64,000 nucleotides of DNA, taken from the NCBI RefSeq assembly GCF_963921235.1, contig NW_026948140.1:620001-684000 (forward strand). The letters are read 5' to 3'. The notes below the pieces were generated by a model that was not told the origin of the DNA, made no database searches, and saw only the letters and a program-made list of their open reading frames with translations. Both the position numbers and the translations under genes were made by a program. This DNA comes from Mobula hypostoma. Its lineage: Eukaryota. Shown here one piece after another: positions 19,876 through 34,800 of the stretch; positions within the stretch are counted from its first letter, which is position 1, and every line of letters starts with the position of its first letter.

Positions 19876-22800
19876 TGAAACTCCACCAAACTCCACTGAA
19901 ACTCCTACCCTGAAATTCATGCCCTGGATCTCATGTCCTAAATATAATGCCCTAAAAAACTCCTGCCCTGAATCTCCTGCCCTGAAAGTCATGCCCTGAA
20001 TCTCATGCCCTGAAACTCCTGCCCTGAAACTCCTGCCCTGAAACTCCTGCCCTGAATCTCCTGCCCTGAATCTCATGCCCTAAAACTCATGCCCTGAAAC
20101 TTCTGCCCTTAAACTCCAGCCCTGAATATCAAGCCCTGAATCTCATGCCCTAAAACTCCTGCCCTGAAACATTTGCACATACACTCCTGCCCTGAATCTC
20201 ATGCCCTGAAACTCCGGCCCTGAAACTTCTACCCTGAAACTGCTGCCCTGAATCTCAAACCAGGAAACCACAGCCCTGAATCTCATGCCCTGAAACTCCT
20301 GCCCTGAAACTCCTGCCCTGACACTCCTGCCCTGAATCTCATGCCCTGAAACTCCGGCCCTGAAACTTCTACCCTGAAACTGCTGCCCTGAATCTCAAAC
20401 CAGGAAACCACAGCCCTGAATCTCAAGCCCTGAAACTGAAGCCCTGAATCTCCTGCCCTGAAACTCATTCCATTAATCTCATGCGCTAAAACTCCTGCTC
20501 TGAAACTCCTGCCCTGAAACTCATGCCCTGAATCTCATTCCCTGAAACTCCTGCCCTGAAACACCTGCTCTGAAACTGCTGCCCTGAAGCTCAAGCCCTG
20601 AATCTCATGCCCTGAATCTCCTGCCCTGAAACTCATGCCCTGAATCTCATGCCCTGAAACTCCTGCCCTGAAACTGCTGCCCTGAATCTCAAGCCCCGAA
20701 ACCACAGCCCTGAATCTCATGCCCTGAAACTGCTGCCCTGAATCTCCTGCCCTGAAACTCATGCCCTGAATCTCATGCCCTAAAAAACTCCTGCCCTGAA
20801 TCTCATGCCCTGAAACTCCTGCCCTGAAACATCTGCACTTAAACTCTGCCCTGAATCTCAAGCCCTGAAACTACTGCCCTGAATCTCATACCCTGAAACT
20901 CCTGCCCTGAATCTCATGCCCTGAAACTCATGCCCTGAATCTCATGCCCTGAAACTCCTGCCCTGAAACTCCTGCCCTGAAACTCCTGCCCTGAATCTCC
21001 TGCCCTGAATCTCATGCCCTGAATATCAAACCCTGAAACTACTGCCCTGAATCTCATGCCCTGAAACTAATGCCCTGAATCTCTTGCCCTGAATCTCAAG
21101 CCCTGAAATTGCAGCCGTGAAACTCATGCCCTGAAACTAAAGCCCTGAATCTCCTGCCCTGAAACTGATGGCCTGAATCTCATGCCCTGAAACACATGCC
21201 CTGAAATTCCTGCCCTGAAACTGCTGCCCTGAATCTCAAGGCCGGAAACCACGGCCCTGAATCTCATGCCCTGAAACTCATGCCCTGAAACTCCTCCTCT
21301 GAAACTCCTGCCCTGAATCTCAAGCCCTGAATCTCATGCCCTGAAACTCCTCTCCTGAATCTCCTTCCCTGAAACTCATGCCCTGAATCACATGCCCTGA
21401 GACTCCTGCCCTGAAACTCCTGCCCTGAATCTCTTGAGCAGAAACTCCTGCACTGAAACTCCTGCCCTGAAACTCCTGCCCTGAATCTCATGCCCTGAAA
21501 CTCATGCCCTGAATCTCCTGCCCTGAAACTCATGCCCTGAATCTCATACCCTGAAACTTCTGCCCTGAAATTCCAGCCCTGAAACTGCTGCCCTGAATCT
21601 CAAGCCCTGAAACTACAGCCCTGAATCTCATGCCCTGAAACTAAAGCCCTGAATCTCCTTCCCTGAAACTCATGCCCTGAATCAGATGCCCTGAGACTCC
21701 TGCCCTGAATCTCCTGTGCACAAAGTTCTGCACTGAAACTCCTGCCCTGAATCTCCTGCCCTGAAACTCCTGCCCTGAATCTCCTGCCCTGAAAGTCATG
21801 CCCTGAATCTCATGCCCTGAAACTCCTGCCATGAAACTCATGCCCTGAATCTCATGCCCTGAAACTTTTGCCCTGAAATTCCTGCCCTGAAATTGCTGCC
21901 CTGAATCTCAAGCCCTGAAACTACAGCGCTGAATCACATGCCCTGAAACTAAAGCCCTGAATCTCCCGCCCTGAAACTCATGCCCTGAATCACATGCCCT
22001 GAAACTCCTACCCTGAAACTGCTGCCCTGAATCTCAAACCAGGAAACCACAGCCCTGAATCTCATGCCCTGAAACTACAGCCCTGAATCTCCTGCCATGA
22101 AACTCATGCCCTGAATCTCATGCCCTGAAAATCCTGCTCTGAAACTCCTGCCCTGAAACTCATGCCCTGAATCTCATGCTCTGAAATTCCTGCCCTGAAA
22201 CTGCTGCCCTGAATCTCAAGCCCTGAATCTCCTGCCCTGAAACTCATGCTCTGAATCTCTTCGCTGAAACTCATGCCCTGAATCTCATGCCCTGAAACTC
22301 CTGCCCTGAAACTCATGCCCTGATTCACATGCCCTGAATCTCCTGCCCTGAATCTCCTGCCCTGAAACTCATGCCCTGAATCTCATGCCCTAAAACTCCT
22401 GCCCTGAAACATTTGCACTTACTCTCTTGCCCTGAATCTCATGCCCTGAAACTCCTGCCCTGAATCTCCTTCCCTGAAACTCATGCCCTGAATCTCATGC
22501 ACTGAAACTACAGCCCTGAATCTCATGCCCCGAAACTCCTGCCCCGAAACTCCTGCCCTGAAACTCCTGCCCTGAATCACATGCCCTGAATCACATGCCC
22601 TGAAACTCCGGCCCTGAAACTTCTACCCTGAAACTGCTGCCCTGAATCTCAAACCAGGAAACCACAGCCCTGAATCTCAAGCCCTGAAACTGAAGCCCTG
22701 AATCTCCTGTCCTGAAACTCATGCCCTGAATCTCATACCCTGAAACTTCTGCCCTGAAACTCCTACCCTGAAACTGCTGCCCTGAATCTCAAACCAGGAA

Positions 22801-25800
22801 AACACAGCCCTGAATCTCATGCCCTGAAACTTTTGCCCTGAAATTCCAGCCCTGAAACTGCTGCCCTGAATCTCAAGCCCTGAAACTACAGCCCTGAATC
22901 TCATGCCCTGAAACTAAAGCCCTGAATCTCCTGCCCTGAAACTCATGCCCTGAATCAGATGCCCTGAAACTCCTGCCCTGAATCTCCTGCCCTGAAACTC
23001 CTGCCCTGAATCTCCTGCCCTGAAAGTCATGCCCTGAATCTCATGCCCTGAAACTCCTGCCATGAAACTCATGCCCTGAATCTCATGCCCTGAAACTTTT
23101 GCCCTGAAATTCCTGCCCTGAAATTGCTGCCCTGAATCTCAAGCCCTGAAACTACAGCGCTGAATCACATGCCCTGAAACTAAAGCCCTGAATCTCCCGC
23201 CCTGAAACTCATGCCCTGAAACTCCGGCCCTGAAACTCCTACCCTGAAACTGCTGCCCTGAATCTCAAACCAGGAAACCACAGCCCTGAATCTCATGCCC
23301 TGAAACTACAGCCCTGAATCTCCTGCCATGAAACTCATGCCCTGAATCTCATGCCCTGAAAATCCTGCTCTGAAACTCCTGCCCTGAAACTCATGCCCTG
23401 AATCTCATGCCCTGAAACTCCTGCCCTGAAACTCATGCCCTGATTCACATGCCCTGAATCTCCTGCCCTGAATCTCCTGCCCTGAAACTCATGCCCTGAA
23501 TCTCATGCCCTAAAACTCCTGCCCTGAAACATTTGCACTTACTCTCTTGCCCTGAATCTCATGCCCTGAAACTCCTGCCCTGAATCTCCTTCCCTGAAAC
23601 TCATGCCCTGAATCTCATGCACTGAAACTACAGCCCTGAATCTCATGCCCCGAAACTCCTGCCCCGAAACTCCTGCCCTGAAACTCCTGCCCTGAATCAC
23701 ATGCCCTGAATCACATGCCCTGAAACTCCGGCCCTGAAACTTCTACCCTGAAACTGCTGCCCTGAATCTCAAACCAGGAAACCACAGCCCTGAAACAAAT
23801 GCCCTGAAACTCCTGCCCTGAATCTCCTGCCCTGAAACTCATTCCATTAATCTCATGCGCTGAAACTCCTGCTCTGAAACTCCTGCCCTGAAACTCATGC
23901 CCTGAATCTCATTCCCTGAAACTCCTGTCCTGAAACACCTGCTCTGAAACTGCTGCCCTGAAGCTCAAGCCCTGAATCTCATGCCCTGAATCTCATGACC
24001 TGAAACTAAGGCCATGAATCTCATGCCCTGAAACTCCTGCCCTGAATCTCCTGCCCTGAAAGTCATGCCCTGAATCTCATGCCCTGAAACTCATGCGCTG
24101 AATCTGATGCCCTGAAACTCCTGCCCTGAAACTGCTGCCCTGAATCTCAAGCCCCGAAACCACGTCCTGAATCTCATGCCCTGAAACTGCTGCCCTGAAT
24201 CTCCTGCCCTGAAACTCATGCCCTGAATCTCCTTCCCTGAAACTCATGCCCTGAATCTGATGCCCTGAAACTCCTGCCCTGAAACTGCTGCCCTGAATCT
24301 CAAGCCCCGAAACCACAGCCCTGAATCTCACGCCCTGTAACTGCTGCCCTGAAACACCAGCCCTGAAACTCCTGCCCTAAAACGCCTGCCCTGAATCTCC
24401 TGCCCTGAATCTCATGCCCTGAATCTCAAGCCCTGAAACTACTGCCCTGAATTTCATGCCCTGAAACTAATGCCGTGAGTCTCTTGCCCTGAATCTCAAG
24501 CCCTGAAATTGCAGCGGTGAAACTCATTCCCTGAAACTAAAGCCCTGAATCTCTTGTGCAGAAACTCCTGCACTGAAACTCCTGCCCTGAATCTCCTGCC
24601 CTCAAACTTCTGCCCTGAATCTCCTGCCCTGAAAGTCATGCCCTGAGTCTCATGCCCTGAAACTCCTGCTCTGAAACTGCAGCCCTGAATCTCAAGGCCG
24701 GAAACCACGGCCCTGAATCTCATGCCCTGAAACTCATGCCCTGAAACTCCTCCTCTGAAACTGCTGCCCTGAATGCCCTGAATCTCAAGCCCTGAATTTC
24801 ATGCCCTGAAACTCCTCTCCTGAATCTCCTTCCCTGAAACTCATGCCCTGAATCACATGCCCTGAGACCCCTGCCCTGAAACTCCTGCCCTGAATCTCTT
24901 GTGCAGAAACTCCTGCACTGAAACTCCTGCCCTGAATCTCCTGCCCTGAAGCTTCTGCCCTGAATCTCCTGCCCTGAAAGTCATGCCCTGAGTCTCATGC
25001 CCTGAAACTCCTGCACTAAAACTACTGCCCTGAAAGTCATGCCCTGAATCTCATACCCTGAAACTTTTGCCCTGAAATTCCTGCCCTAAAATTGCTGCCC
25101 TGAATCCCAAGCCCTGAAACTACAGCGCTGAATCTCATGCCCTGAAACTAAAGCCCTGAATCTCCCGCCCTGAAACTCATGCCCTGAATTACATGCCCTG
25201 AAACTCCGGCCCTGAAACTCCTACCCTGAAACTGCTGCCCTGAATCTCAAACCAGGAAACCACAGCCCTGAATCTCATGCCCTGAAACTACAGCCCTGAA
25301 TCTCCTGCCATGAAACTCATGCCCTGAATCTCATGCCCTGAAACTCCTGCCCTGAAACTCCTGCCCTGAAACTCATGCCCTGAATCTCATGCCCTGAAAC
25401 TCCTGCCCTGAAACTCCTGCCCTGAAACTCATGCCCTGAATCTCATGCTCTGAAACTCCTGCCCTGAAACTCCTGCTCTGAAACTGCTGCCCTGAAGCTC
25501 AAGCCCTGAATCTCATGCCCTGAATCTCATGACTTGAAACTAAAGCCCTGAATATCATGCCCTGAAACACCAGCCCTGAAACTGCTGCCCTGAATCACAT
25601 GCCCTGAAAATCCTGCCCTGATTCTCATGCCCTGAAATTCCTGCCCTGAAACTCATGCCCTGAATCACATGCCCTGAAACTCCTGCCCTGAATCTCCTGC
25701 CCTGAAACTCATGCCCTGAATCTCATGCCCTGAAATTCCTGCACTGAAATTCCTGCCCTGAAATTGCTGCGCTGAATCTCAAGCCCTGATACTACAGCCC

Positions 25801-28800
25801 TGAATCTAATGCTTGAAACTAAAGCTCTGAATCTCCTGCTCTGAAACTCGTGCCCTGAATCACATGCCCTTAAACTTCTGCCCTGAAACTCCTGCCCTGA
25901 ATCTCCTGCCCTGAAACTCATGCCCTGAATCTCATGCACTGAAATGTCTGCCCTGAAATTCCTGCCCTGAAACTGCTGCCCTGAATCTCAAGCCCTGAAT
26001 CTCCTGCACTGAATCTCCTGCCCTGAATCTCATTCTCTGTATCTGATGCCCCAGAACTACTGCCCTGAAACATTTGCACTTACACTCCTGCCCTGAATCT
26101 CAAGGCCTGAAACTACTGCCCTGAATCTCATGCCCTGAAACTCCTGCCCGGAATCTCCTGCCCTGAAACTCATGCCCTGAATCACATGCCCTGAAACTCC
26201 TGCCTGAAACTCCTACCCTGAAACTGCTGCCCTGAATCTCAATCCAGGAAACCACAGCCCTGAATCTCATGCCCTGAAACTAAAGCCCTGAATCTCCTGT
26301 CCTGAAACTCATGCCCTGAATCACATGCCCTGAAACTCCTGTCCTGAAACTCCTACCCTGAAACTGCTGCCCTGAATCTCAAACCAGGAAAACACAGCAC
26401 TGAATCTCATGCCCTGAAACTTTTGCCCTGAAATTCCTGCCCTGAAATTGCTGCCCTGAATCTCAAGCCCTGAAACTACAGCGCTGAATCTCATGCCCTG
26501 AATCTCATGACCTGAAACTAAATCACTGAATATCATGCCCTGAATCTCCTGCCCTGAAACTCATGCCCTGAATCTCATGCCCTGAAACTCCTGCACTGAA
26601 ACTCCTGCCCTGAAACTCATGCCCTGAATCTCAAGCCCTGAAACTACAGCCCTGAATCTCATGCCTTGAAACTACTGCCCTGAATCTCCTGCCCCGAAAC
26701 TCATGCCCTGAATCACATGCCCTGAAACTCCTGCCCTGAAACTCCTGCACTGAATCTCCTGCCCTGAAACTCATGCCCTGAATCTCATGCCCTGAAACAC
26801 CTGCCCTGAAATTCCTGCCCTGAAACTGCTGCCCTGAATCTCAAGCCCGGAAACCACAGCCCTGAATCTCATGCCCAGAAACTAAAGCACAGAATCTCCT
26901 GCCCTGAAACTCATGCTCTGAATCTCTTCGCTGAAACTGATGCCCTGAATCTCATGCCCTGAAACTCCTGCCCTGAATCTCCTTCCCTGAAACTCATGCC
27001 CTGAATCTCATGCACTGAAACTACAGCCCTGAATCTCATGCCCCGAAACTCCTGCCCCGAAACTCCTGCCCTGAAACTCCTGCCCTGAATCACATGCCCT
27101 GAATCACATGCCCTGAAACTCCGGCCCTGAAACTTCTACCCTGAAACTGCTGCCCTGAATCTCAAACCAGGAAACCACAGCCCTGAAACTCATGCCCTGA
27201 AACTCCTGCCCTGAATCTCCTGCCCTGAAACTCATTCCATTAATCTCATGCGCTGAAACTCCTGCTCTGAAACTCCTGCCCTGAAACTCATGCCCTGAAT
27301 CTCATTCCCTGAAACTCCTGCCCTGAAACACCTGCTCTGAAACTGCTGCCCTGAAGCTCAAGCCCTGAATCTCATGCCCTGAATCTCATGACCTGAAACT
27401 AAGGCCATGAATATCATGCCCTGAAACTCCTGCCCTGAATCTCCTGCCCTGAAAGTCATGCCCTGAATCTCATGCCCTGAAACTCATGCGCTGAATCTGA
27501 TGCCCTGAAACTCCTGCCCTGAAACTGCTGCCCTGAATCTCAAGCCCCGAAACCACAGCCCTGAATCTCATGCCCTGAAACTGCTGCCCTGAATCTCCTG
27601 CCCTGAAACTCATGCCCTGAATCTCATGCCCTTAAACTCATGCTCTGAATCTGATGCCCTGAAACTCCTGCCCTGAAACTGCTGCCCTGAATCTCAAGCC
27701 CCGAAACCACAGCCCTGAATCTCACGCCCTGTAACTGCTGCCCTAAAACGCCTGCCCTGAATCTCCTGCCCTGAATCTCATGCCCTGAATCTCAAGCCCT
27801 GAAACTACTGCCCTGAATTTCATGCCCTGAAACTAATGCCGTGAGTCTCTTGCCCTGAATCTCAAGCCCTGAAATTGCAGCAGTGAAACTCATTCCCTGA
27901 AACTAAAGCCCTGAATCTCTTGTGCAGAAACTCCTGCACTGAAACTCCTGCCCTGAATCTCCTGCCCTCAAACTTCTGCCCTGAATCTCCTGCCCTGAAA
28001 GTCATTCATGCCCTGAAACTCCTGCTCTGAAACTGCAGCCCTGAATCTCAAGGCCGGAAACCACGGCCCTGAATCTCATGCCCTGAAACTCATGCCCTGA
28101 AACTCCTCCTCTGAAACTGCTGCCCTGAATCTCAAGCCCTGAATCTCAAGCCCTGAATTTCATGCCCTGAAACTCCTCTCCTGAATCTCTTTCCCTGAAA
28201 CTCATGCCCTGAATCACATGTCCTGAGACTCCTGCCCTGAAACTCCTGCCCTGAATCTCTTGTGCAGAAACTCCTGCACTGAAACTCCTGCCCTGAATCT
28301 CCTGCCCTGAAGCTTCTGCCCTGAATCTCCTGCCCTGAAAGTCATGCCCTGAGTCTCATGCCCTGAAACTCCTGCACTAAAACTACTGCCCTGAAAGTCA
28401 TGCCCTGAATCTCATACCCTGAAACTTTTGCCCTGAAATTCCTGCCCTAAAATTGCTGCCCTGAATCCCAAGCCCTGAAACTACAGCGCTGAATCTCATG
28501 CCCTGAAACTAAAGCCCTGAATCTCCCGCCCTGAAACTCATGCCCTGAATTACATGACCTGAAACTCTGGCCCTGAAACTCCTACCCTGAAACTGCTGCC
28601 CTGAATCTCAAACCAGGAAACCACAGCCCTGAATCTCATGCCCTGAAACTACAGCCCTGAATCTCCTGCCATGAAACTCATGCCCTGAATCTCATGCCCT
28701 GAAACTCCTGCCCTGAAACTCCTGCCCTGAAACTCATGCCCTGAATCTCATGCTCTGAAACTCCTGCCCTGAAACTCCTGCTCTGAAACTCATGCCCTGA

Positions 28801-31800
28801 ATCTCATGCTCTGAAACTCCTGATCTGAAACTCCTGCTCTGAAACTGCTGCCCTGAAGCTCAAGCCCTGAATCTCATGCCCTGAATCTCATGACTTGAAA
28901 CTAAAGCCCTGAATATCATGCCCTGAAACACCAGCCCTGAAACTGCTGCCCTGAATCACATGCCCTGAAAATCCTGCCCTGATTCTCATGCCCTGAAATT
29001 CCTGCCCTGAAACTCATGCCCTGAATCACATGCCCTGAAACTCCTGCCCTGAATCTCCTGCCCTGAAACTCATGCCCTGAATCTCATGCCCTGAAATTCC
29101 TGCACTGAAATTCCTGCCCTGAAATTGCTGCCCTGAATCTCAAGCCCTGATACTACAGCCCTGAATCTAATGCTTGAAACTAAAGCTCTGAATCTCCTGC
29201 TCTGAAACTCGTGCCCTGAATCACATGCCCTTAAACTTCTGCCCTGAAACTCCTGCACTGAATCTCCTGCCCCGAAACTCATGCCCTGAATCTCATGCAC
29301 TGAAACGTCTGCCCTGAAATTCCTGCCCTGAAACTCCTGCACTGAACCTCATGCCCTGAAACTCCTGCCCTGAATCTCCTGCCCTGAATCTCATTCTCTG
29401 TATCTGATGCCCTAAAACTCCTGCCCTGAAACATTTGCACTTACACTCCTGCCCTGAATCTCAAGGCCTGAAACTACTGCCCTGAATCTCATGCCCTGAA
29501 ACTACTGCCCTGAATCTCCTGCCCTGAAACTCATGCCCTGAATCTCATGCCCTGAAACTCCTGCCTGAAACTCCTACCCTGAAACTGCTGCCCTGAATCT
29601 CAATCCAGGAAACCACAGCCCTGAATCTCATGCCCTGAAACTAAGCCCTGAATCTCCTGTCCTGAAACTCATGCCCTGAATCACATGCCCTGAAACTCCT
29701 GTCCTGAAACTCCTACCCTGAAACTGCTGCCCTGAATCTCAAACCAGGAAAACACAGCCCTGAATCTCATGCCCTGAAACTTTTGCCCTGAAATTCCTGC
29801 CCTGAAATTGCTGCCCTGAATCTCAAGCCCTGAAACTACAGCGCTGAATCTCATGCCCTGAATCTCATGCCCTGAAACTAAAGCCCTGAAACTCATGCCC
29901 TGAATCTCCTGCCCTGAAACTCATGCCCTGAATCTCATGCCCTGAAACTCCGGCCCTGAAACTCCTACCCTGAAACTGCTGCCCTGAATCTCAAACCAGG
30001 AAACCACAGCCCTGAATCTCATGCCCTGAAACTACAGCCCTGAATCTCCTGCCCTGAAACTCATGCCCTGAATCTCATGCCCTGAAACTCCTGCCCTGAA
30101 ACTCCTGCCCTGAAACTCATGCCCTGAATCTCATGCCCTGAAACTCCTGCACTGAAACTCCTGCCCTGAAACTCATGCCCTGAATCTCATGCCCTGAAAC
30201 TCCTGCCCTGAAACTCCTGCTCTGAAACTGCTGCCCTGAAGCTCAAGCCCTGAATCTCATGCCCTGAATCTCATGACCTGAAACTAAAGCCCTGAATATC
30301 ATGCCCTGAATCTCCTGCCCTGAAACTGCTGCCCTGAATCACATGCCCTGAAAATCCTGCCCTGATTCTCATGCCCTGAAATTCCTGCCCTGAAACTCAT
30401 GCCCTGAATCACATGCCCTGAAACTCCTGCCCTGAATCTCCTGCCCTGAAACTCATGCCCTGAATCTCATGCCCTGAAATTCCTGCACTGAAATTCCTGC
30501 CCTGAAATTGCTGCCCTGAATCTCAAGCCCTGATACTACAGCCCTGAATCTAATGCTTGAAACTAAAGCTCTGAATCTCCTGCTCTGAAACTCGTGCCCT
30601 GAATCACATGCCCTTAAACTTCTGCCCTGAAACTCCTGCCCTGAATCTCCTGCCCCGAAACTCATGCCCTGAATCTCATGCACTGAAACGTCTGCCCTGA
30701 AATTCCTGCCCTGAAACTGCTGCCCTGAATCTCAAGCCCTGAATCTCCTGCACTGAATCTCCTGCCCTGAATCTCATTCTCTGTATCTGATGCCCTAAAA
30801 CTCCTGCCCTGAAACATTTGCACTTACACTCCTGCCCTGAATCTCAAGGCCTGAAACTACTGCCCTGAATCTCATGCCCTGAAACTCCTGCCCGGAATCT
30901 CCTGCCCTGAAACTCATGCCCTGAATCACATGCCCTGAAACTCCTGCCCTGAAACTCCTACCCTGAAACTGCTGCCCTGAATCTCAATCCAGGAAACCAC
31001 AGCCCTGAATCTCAAGCCCTGAAACTAAAGCCCTGAATCTCCTTCCCTGAAACTCATGCCCTGAATCACATGCCCTGGAACTCCTGTCCTGAAACTCCTA
31101 CCCTGAAACTGCTGCCCTGAATCTCAAACCAGGAAAACACAGCCCTGAATCTCATGCCCTGAAACTTTTGCCCTGAAATTCCTGCCCTGAAATTGCTGCC
31201 CTGAATCTCAAGCCCTGAAACTACAGCGCTGAATCTCATGCCCTGAATCTCATGACCTGAAACTAATGCCCTGAATATCATGCCCTGAATCTCCTGCCCT
31301 GAAACTCATGCCCTGAATCTCATGCCCTGAAACTCCTGCACTGAAACTCCTGCCCTGAAACTCATGCCCTGAATCTCAAGCCCTGATACTACAGCCCTGA
31401 ATCTAATGCTTGAAACTACTGCCCTGAATCTCCTGCTCTGAAACTCATGCCCTGAATCACATGCCCTGAAACTCCTGCCCTGAAACTCCTGCACTGAATC
31501 TCCTGCCCTGAAACTCATGCCCTGAATCTCATGCCCTGAAAGTTCTGCCCTGAAATTCCTGCCCTGAAACTGCTGCCCTGAATCTCAAGCCCTGAAACTA
31601 CAGCCCTGAATCTCATGCCCAGAAACTAAAGCACAGAATCTCCTGCCCTGAAACTCATGCTCTGAATCTCTTCGCTGAAACTGATGCCCTGAAACTCCTG
31701 CCCTGAAACTCATGCCCTGATTCACATGCCCTGAATCTCCTGCCCTGAATCTCCTGCCCTGAAACTCATGCCCTGAATCTCATGCCCTAAAACTCCTGCC

Positions 31801-34800
31801 CTGAAACATTTGCACTTACTCTCTTGCCCTGAATCTCATGCCCTGAAACTCCTGCCCTGAATCTCCTTCCCTGAAACTCATGCCCTGAATCTCATGCACT
31901 GAAACTACAGCCCTGAATCTCATGCCCCGAAACTCCTGCCCCGAAACTCCTGCCCTGAAACTCCTGCCCTGAATCACATGCCCTGAATCACATGCCCTGA
32001 AACTCCGGCCCTGAAACACCTGCTCTGAAACTGCTGCCCTGAATCTCAAGCCCTGAATCTCATGCCCTGAATCTCATGACCTGAAACTAAGGCCATGAAT
32101 CTCATGCCCTGAAACTCCTGCCCTGAATCTCATGCCCTGAAACTGTTGCCCTGAATCTCCTGCCCTGAAACTCATGCCCTGAATCAGATGCCCTGAGACT
32201 CCTGCCCTGAATCTCCTGCCCTGAAACTCATGCCCTGAATCTCATGCCCTGAAACTCCTGCCCTGAAACTCATGCCCTGAATCTCATGCCCTGAAACACC
32301 TGCCCTGAAATTCCTGCCCTGAAACTGCTGCCCTGAATCTCAAGCCCTGAAACTACAGCCCTGAATCTCATGCCCTGAAACTAAAGCCCTGAATCTCCCG
32401 CCCTGAAACTCATGCCCTGAATCTCCTGCCCTGAAACTCATGCCCTGAATCTCATGCCCTAAAACTCCTGCCCTGAAACATTTGCACTTACTCTCTTGCC
32501 CTGAATCTCATGCCCTGAAACTCCTGCCCTGAATCTCCTTCCCTGAAACTCATGCCCTGAATCTCATGCACTGAAACTACAGCCCTGAATCTCATGCCCC
32601 GAAACTCCTGCCCCGAAACTCCTGCCCTGAAACTCCTGCCCTGAATCACATGCCCTGAATCACATGCCCTGAAACTCCGGCCCTGAAACTTCTACCCTGA
32701 AACTGCTGCCCTGAATCTCAAACCAGGAAACCACAGCCCTGAAACTAATGCCCTGAAACTCCTGCCCTGAATCTCCTGCCCTGAAACTCATTCCATTAAT
32801 CTCATGCGCTGAAACTCCTGCTCTGAAACTCCTGCCCTGAAACTCATGCCCTGAATCTCATTCCCTGAAACTCCTGCCCTGAAACACCTGCTCTGAAACT
32901 GCTGCCCTGAAGCTCAAGCCCTGAATCTCATGCCCTGAAACTCCTGCCCTGAAACTCCTGCCCTGAAAGTCATGCCCTGAATCTCATGCCCTGAAACTCA
33001 TGCGCTGAATCTGATGCCCTGAAACTCCTGCCCTGAAACTGCTGCCCTGAATCTCAAGCCCCGAAACCACGTCCTGAATCTCATGCCCTGAAACTGCTGC
33101 CCTGAATCTCCTGCCCTGAAACTCATGCCCTGAATCTCCTTCCCTGAAACTCATGCCCTGAATCTGATGCCCTGAAACTCCTGCCCTGAAACTGCTGCCC
33201 TGAATCTCAAGCCCCGAAACCACAGCCCTGAATCTCACGCCCTGTAACTGCTGCCCTGAAACACCAGCCCTGAAACTCCTGCCCTAAAACGCCTGCCCTG
33301 AATCTCCTGCCCTGAATCTCATGCCCTGAATCTCAAGCCCTGAAACTACTGCCCTGAATTTCATGCCCTGAAACTAATGCCGTGAGTCTCTTGCCCTGAA
33401 TCTCAAGCCCTGAAATTGCAGCGGTGAAACTCATTCCCTGAAACTAAAGCCCTGAATCTCTTGTGCAGAAACTCCTGCACTGAAACTCCTGCCCTGAATC
33501 TCCTGCCCTCAAACTTCTGCCCTGAATCTCCTGCCCTGAAAGTCATGCCCTGAGTCTCATGCCCTGAAACTCCTGCTCTGAAACTGCAGCCCTGAATCTC
33601 AAGGCCGGAAACCACGGCCCTGAATCTCATGCCCTGAAACTCCTCCTCTGAAACTGCTGCCCTGAATCTCAAGCCCTGAATCTCAAGCCCTGAATTTCAT
33701 GCCCTGAAACTCCTCTCCTGAATCTCCTTCCCTGAAACTCATGCCCTGAATCACATGCCCTGAGACCCCTGCCCTGAAACTCCTGCCCTGAATCTCTTGT
33801 GCAGAAACTCCTGCACTGAAACTCCTGCCCTGAATCTCCTGCCCTGAAGCTTCTGCCCTGAATCTCCTGCCCTGAAAGTCATGCCCTGAGTCTCATGCCC
33901 TGAAACTCCTGCACTAAAACTACTGCCCTGAAAGTCATGCCCTGAATCTCATACCCTGAAACTTTTGCCCTGAAATTCCTGCCCTAAAATTGCTGCCCTG
34001 AATCCCAAGCCCTGAAACTACAGCGCTGAATCTCATGCCCTGAAACTAAAGCCCTGAATCTCCCGCCCTGAAACTCATGCCCTGAATTACATGCCCTGAA
34101 ACTCCGGCCCTGAAACTCCTACCCTGAAACTGCTGCCCTGAATCTCAAACCAGGAAACCACAGCCCTGAATCACATGCCCTGAAACTCATGCCCTGAATC
34201 TCCTGCCCTGAATCTCATGCCCTGAATCTCATGCCCTGAAACTCCTGCCCTGAAACTCCTGCCCTGAAACTCATGCCCTGAATCTCATGCTCTGAAACTC
34301 CTGCCCTGAATCTAATGCTTGAAACTAAAGCTCTGAATCTCCTGCTCTGAAACTCGTGCCCTGAATCACATGCCCTTAAACTTCTGCCCTGAAACTCCTG
34401 CCCTGAATCTCCTGCCCTGAAACTCATGCCCTGAATCTCATGCACTGAAATGTCTGCCCTGAAATTCCTGCCCTGAAACTGCTGCCCTGAATCTCAAGCC
34501 CTGAATCTCCTGCACTGAACCTCATGCCCTGAAACTCCTGCCCTGAATCTCCTGCCCTGAATCTCATTCTCTGTATCTGATGCCCTAAAACTCCTGCCCT
34601 GAAACATTTGCACTTACACTCCTGCCCTGAATCTCAAGGCCTGAAACTACTGCCCTGAATCTCATGCCCTGAAACTCCTGCCCGGAATCTCCTGCCCTGA
34701 AACTCATGCCCTGAATCACATGCCCTGAAACTCCTGCCTGAAAATCCTACCCTGAAACTGCTGCCCTGAATCTCAATCCAGGAAACCACAGCCCTGAATC

